Part shown: one piece after another, positions 61,707 to 64,000 of the stretch
Layout: each line of letters opens with the position of its first letter
Numbering within the stretch: position 1 is the first letter of the stretch
NCBI GenBank assembly: GCA_943349945.1
Contig: CALQZS010000001.1
Span: forward strand, 277,953 to 341,952
From: Candidatus Nomurabacteria bacterium
GTDB lineage: Bacteria > Patescibacteriota > Minisyncoccia > Phycocordibacterales > SBAW01
Direction: 5' to 3'
Length of the DNA stretch: 64,000 nt
Program-made: the position numbers and the translations under genes
Notes under the pieces: model-generated
Database searches by the model: none
What the model was told of the DNA's origin: nothing
Seen by the model: only the letters and a program-made list of their open reading frames with translations

Positions 61707-62777
61707 ATGAGTCGCGATGTTAGTGTCCATATCACCACAGGCACCATTGCCCGGGTATTTTTGTTGTTGGGGCTGGCGGGGCTGTTGTGGTACTTGCGCG
61801 ATATTGTGCTTATTGTGCTTGCTGCAGTGGTTATTGCCTCGGCTATAGAGCCGGGCGTGCGCGCGCTGATGCGCTATCGCGTGGGCCGGCTGTGGTCGGT
61901 GATATTGATATATGTAGGGGTTATAGCCGGGTTTTCAGCTACGCTCTTTTTCTTTATCCCGCCGGTATTAAACGACGCGGCAAGCTTGTTGCAGCAGCTG
62001 CCCGCAACGCTGTCGAGTCTTAACCTAGCCGACTTGACCCACGGGCTCTTGCCCAACGCTATTTCCCAGACGCTTTCGTCGGCTGACTTGTTGCGCGACT
62101 TGTCCCAAACGCTTGCGAGCTCGACGGGGGGCATGTTTACCACCGCGTCGGCGTTTTTTGGCGGCCTCACCTCGCTGGTGCTCATCGGCGTTTTTGCCTT
62201 TTATTTTTCAGTCCAAGAAACAGGGGTAGACGACTTTTTGCGCATCGTAACTCCTGTTCAGCACGAGTCATACGTGCTCGACTTGTGGAAACGCAGTCAA
62301 GAAAAAATAGGCAAGTGGATGCAAGGCCAGCTGATACTAGGACTTATTGTGGGCATGCTTTTGTATTTGGGGTTGGTTATTTTGGGTATCCCGCACCCGC
62401 TCTTGTTGGCAGTGTTGGCCGCCGTGTTCGAGATTATCCCGGTGTTTGGGCAAATCTTGGCGGCCATACCAGCCATCGCGGTGGCCTTTACCTTTGGGGG
62501 TGTAACGGAAGCGCTGTTGGTAACGGGGCTCTATGCGATAGTGCAGCAGTTTGAGGCGCACCTTATTTACCCCGTGGTGGTAAAAAAGATAGTCGGTGTG
62601 CCTCCGCTGTTGGTGATTTTGGCGCTCTTGGTGGGGCTCAAGTTGGTGGGCTTTCTTGGGGTACTACTTTCGGTGCCTATTGCAGGCGCGATACAGGAAT
62701 TTGTAAACGATATCGAAAAAAGGAAGTCGCGGCTGCTGGTGCGGTCTGGCCTTGCGCCCGAGACAGAAGGGCAGTAG
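61707..62777 (+). CDS. AI-2E family transporter (PerM/UPF0118)
   Basis: 8-TM protein with '..IVLIVLAAVVIASAIEPGV..' and C-terminal '..LLSVPIAGAIQEF..' typical of PF01594. Confidence 0.7.
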   Translation: MSRDVSVHITTGTIARVFLLLGLAGLLWYLRDIVLIVLAAVVIASAIEPGVRALMRYRVGRLWSVILIYVGVIAGFSATLFFFIPPVLNDAASLLQQLPATLSSLNLADLTHGLLPNAISQTLSSADLLRDLSQTLASSTGGMFTTASAFFGGLTSLVLIGVFAFYFSVQETGVDDFLRIVTPVQHESYVLDLWKRSQEKIGKWMQGQLILGLIVGMLLYLGLVILGIPHPLLLAVLAAVFEIIPVFGQILAAIPAIAVAFTFGGVTEALLVTGLYAIVQQFEAHLIYPVVVKKIVGVPPLLVILALLVGLKLVGFLGVLLSVPIAGAIQEFVNDIEKRKSRLLVRSGLAPETEGQ

Positions 62778-62790
62778 TTTTGTTGGTATT

Positions 62791-64000
62791 ATGGCGCAGA
62801 AAAAACCTCTCTACATCACCACCACACTGCCGTATGTAAACGCCGACCCGCACATAGGGTTTGCGCTCGAGATTGTGCAGGCAGACATTGTGGCGCGCTA
62901 TCACACGCTGATGCAGCGAGAGGTGTTTTTTACTACCGGCACAGACGAACATGGGCAAAAGATTTTTCAAGTAGCCACCAAAGAGGGGCGGGATGTGCAA
63001 GAGTATGTCGACCACTTTGCCGGACAGTTTGGGAAGTTAAAAGACTCCCTTAACCTTTCGTACAATGCGTTTATCCGCACCACAGAGCCGCGTCATATAG
63101 AGGCGGCGCAAGAGCTGTGGCGCAGGTGCGAACAAGCGGGGGATATATATAAAAAGAAATACAAAGGCTTGTACTGTGTGGGCGACGAAATGTTTTTAAA
63201 AGAGACAGACATCGTGGACGGCAAGTGCCCCAACCACCCCAACATGGACCCGGTTGAGATAGAAGAAGAAAATTACTTCTTTAAGCTCAGTGCATACCAA
63301 GACAAGCTGCTTGCATACTTGGCGCGCGAAGATTCGATACTTCCAGACTGGCGTCGCCAAGAAGCGATAAAATTCGTACGTGACGGGCTCGAGGATTTTA
63401 GTATCTCGCGCGAAAAAGCGCGCATGAGTTGGGGCATCCCCGTGCCTGGCGACGAAACACAGGTGATGTATGTGTGGTTCGACGCGCTCACCAACTACAT
63501 CTCGACTACTGGGTGGCCAGACACAGAGGGGGACTTTAAAAAATACTGGCAAGAGGGCGAGGTGGTACAGACGGCAGGCAAAGACCAAGTCCGCTTCCAG
63601 TCCATTATGTGGCAGGCGATGCTTATGTCGGGGCAGGTCAAAAATACTGACAAGGTGGTGTACCACGGCTTCATCACCAGTGGGGGGCAAAAGATGAGCA
63701 AGTCGCTCGGCAACGTCATAGACCCATTTTCTATTGTTGCAGAATATGGCACCGACGCGCTGCGCTACTTTTTGGCACGGCACGTACACCCGTTTGATGA
63801 CAGCGACGTAACTATGGAGCGCTTCAAAGATGTCTACAATGCCGACTTGGCAAACGGGTTGGGTAACTTGGCTTCGCGGATTATGACCCTGGCAGAGACG
63901 CATCTTGCCGGGCCCATGGAGATTGCGTTCGTGCCGTACCCACAGGAGTACATCGAGGCGCTAGAAAAATTTGAGATCCACCGCGCAGCGGAGTATGTGT
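62791..64000 (+). CDS. metG: methionyl-tRNA synthetase (3'-partial, runs off the window)
   Basis: 'MAQKKPLYITTTLPYVNADPHIGFALE..' HIGH-class motif, 'KMSKSLGNVI'; not in the ORF track because no stop codon falls within the window. Confidence 0.85.
   Translation, partial: MAQKKPLYITTTLPYVNADPHIGFALEIVQADIVARYHTLMQREVFFTTGTDEHGQKIFQVATKEGRDVQEYVDHFAGQFGKLKDSLNLSYNAFIRTTEPRHIEAAQELWRRCEQAGDIYKKKYKGLYCVGDEMFLKETDIVDGKCPNHPNMDPVEIEEENYFFKLSAYQDKLLAYLAREDSILPDWRRQEAIKFVRDGLEDFSISREKARMSWGIPVPGDETQVMYVWFDALTNYISTTGWPDTEGDFKKYWQEGEVVQTAGKDQVRFQSIMWQAMLMSGQVKNTDKVVYHGFITSGGQKMSKSLGNVIDPFSIVAEYGTDALRYFLARHVHPFDDSDVTMERFKDVYNADLANGLGNLASRIMTLAETHLAGPMEIAFVPYPQEYIEALEKFEIHRAAEYV

Overview
The window is a 64-kb chromosomal segment of a genome-reduced bacterium, best explained as Candidate Phyla Radiation / Patescibacteria. 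It spans the replication origin: jag-yidC-rnpA-rpmH on the minus strand, then dnaA-[DnaA boxes]-dnaN on the plus strand.

Support for the CPR assignment:
- Short housekeeping proteins (YebC 175 aa, RecO 197 aa, DNA polymerase III delta ~200 aa).
- A CPR-style VirB2/TrbC-like pilin.
- A tRNA-His with encoded G-1 and CCA.
- Monoderm-type type IV pilus genes with no secretin.

Most of the window is housekeeping:
- Replication and repair: PBP1A, ruvC-yebC-ruvB, polA, ruvA.
- Aminoacyl-tRNA synthetases: tyrS, argS, ileS, glyQS, and a 3'-partial metG.
- Other conserved genes: secE-nusG-rplK, rpsT, rplS, ddl, mscL, glyA.
- A compact dTTP-supply module: folA-dcd-thyA / dCMP deaminase-tmk-mazG.
- Nine tRNA genes read by eye: Lys-TTT, Arg-CCG, Arg-GCG, Ser-TGA, Arg-TCT, Val-TAC, Leu-GAG and His-GTG.
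- Two GspE/PilB-type ATPases.
- A type IV pilus locus: a short GspE-like ATPase, pilC, several (pseudo)pilins including one fused to LVIVD beta-propeller repeats, and a large membrane-anchored repeat protein.

Findings worth a second look:
1. The isoleucyl-tRNA synthetase carries an intact ~200-aa histidine-phosphatase (PGAM/SixA-like) domain. It is inserted between the 'GSxxEL' segment and the 'DLHRPYID...VFDCWFESG' segment of the catalytic core.
2. A 36-40-bp perfect palindrome occurs twice, 39 kb apart, with symmetric compensatory A<->T changes between the copies.
3. A family of conserved GC-rich repeat blocks sits just downstream of four tRNA genes. It includes a 15-16-bp hairpin that shows covariation between copies.
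4. A ~140-bp element is bounded by 13-bp perfect inverted repeats upstream of ruvB.
5. A ~1.9-kb AT-rich island holds a free-standing LAGLIDADG endonuclease gene ending 8 bp before tRNA-Leu, plus a type IV pilin gene.

No CRISPR arrays or rRNA genes were seen.
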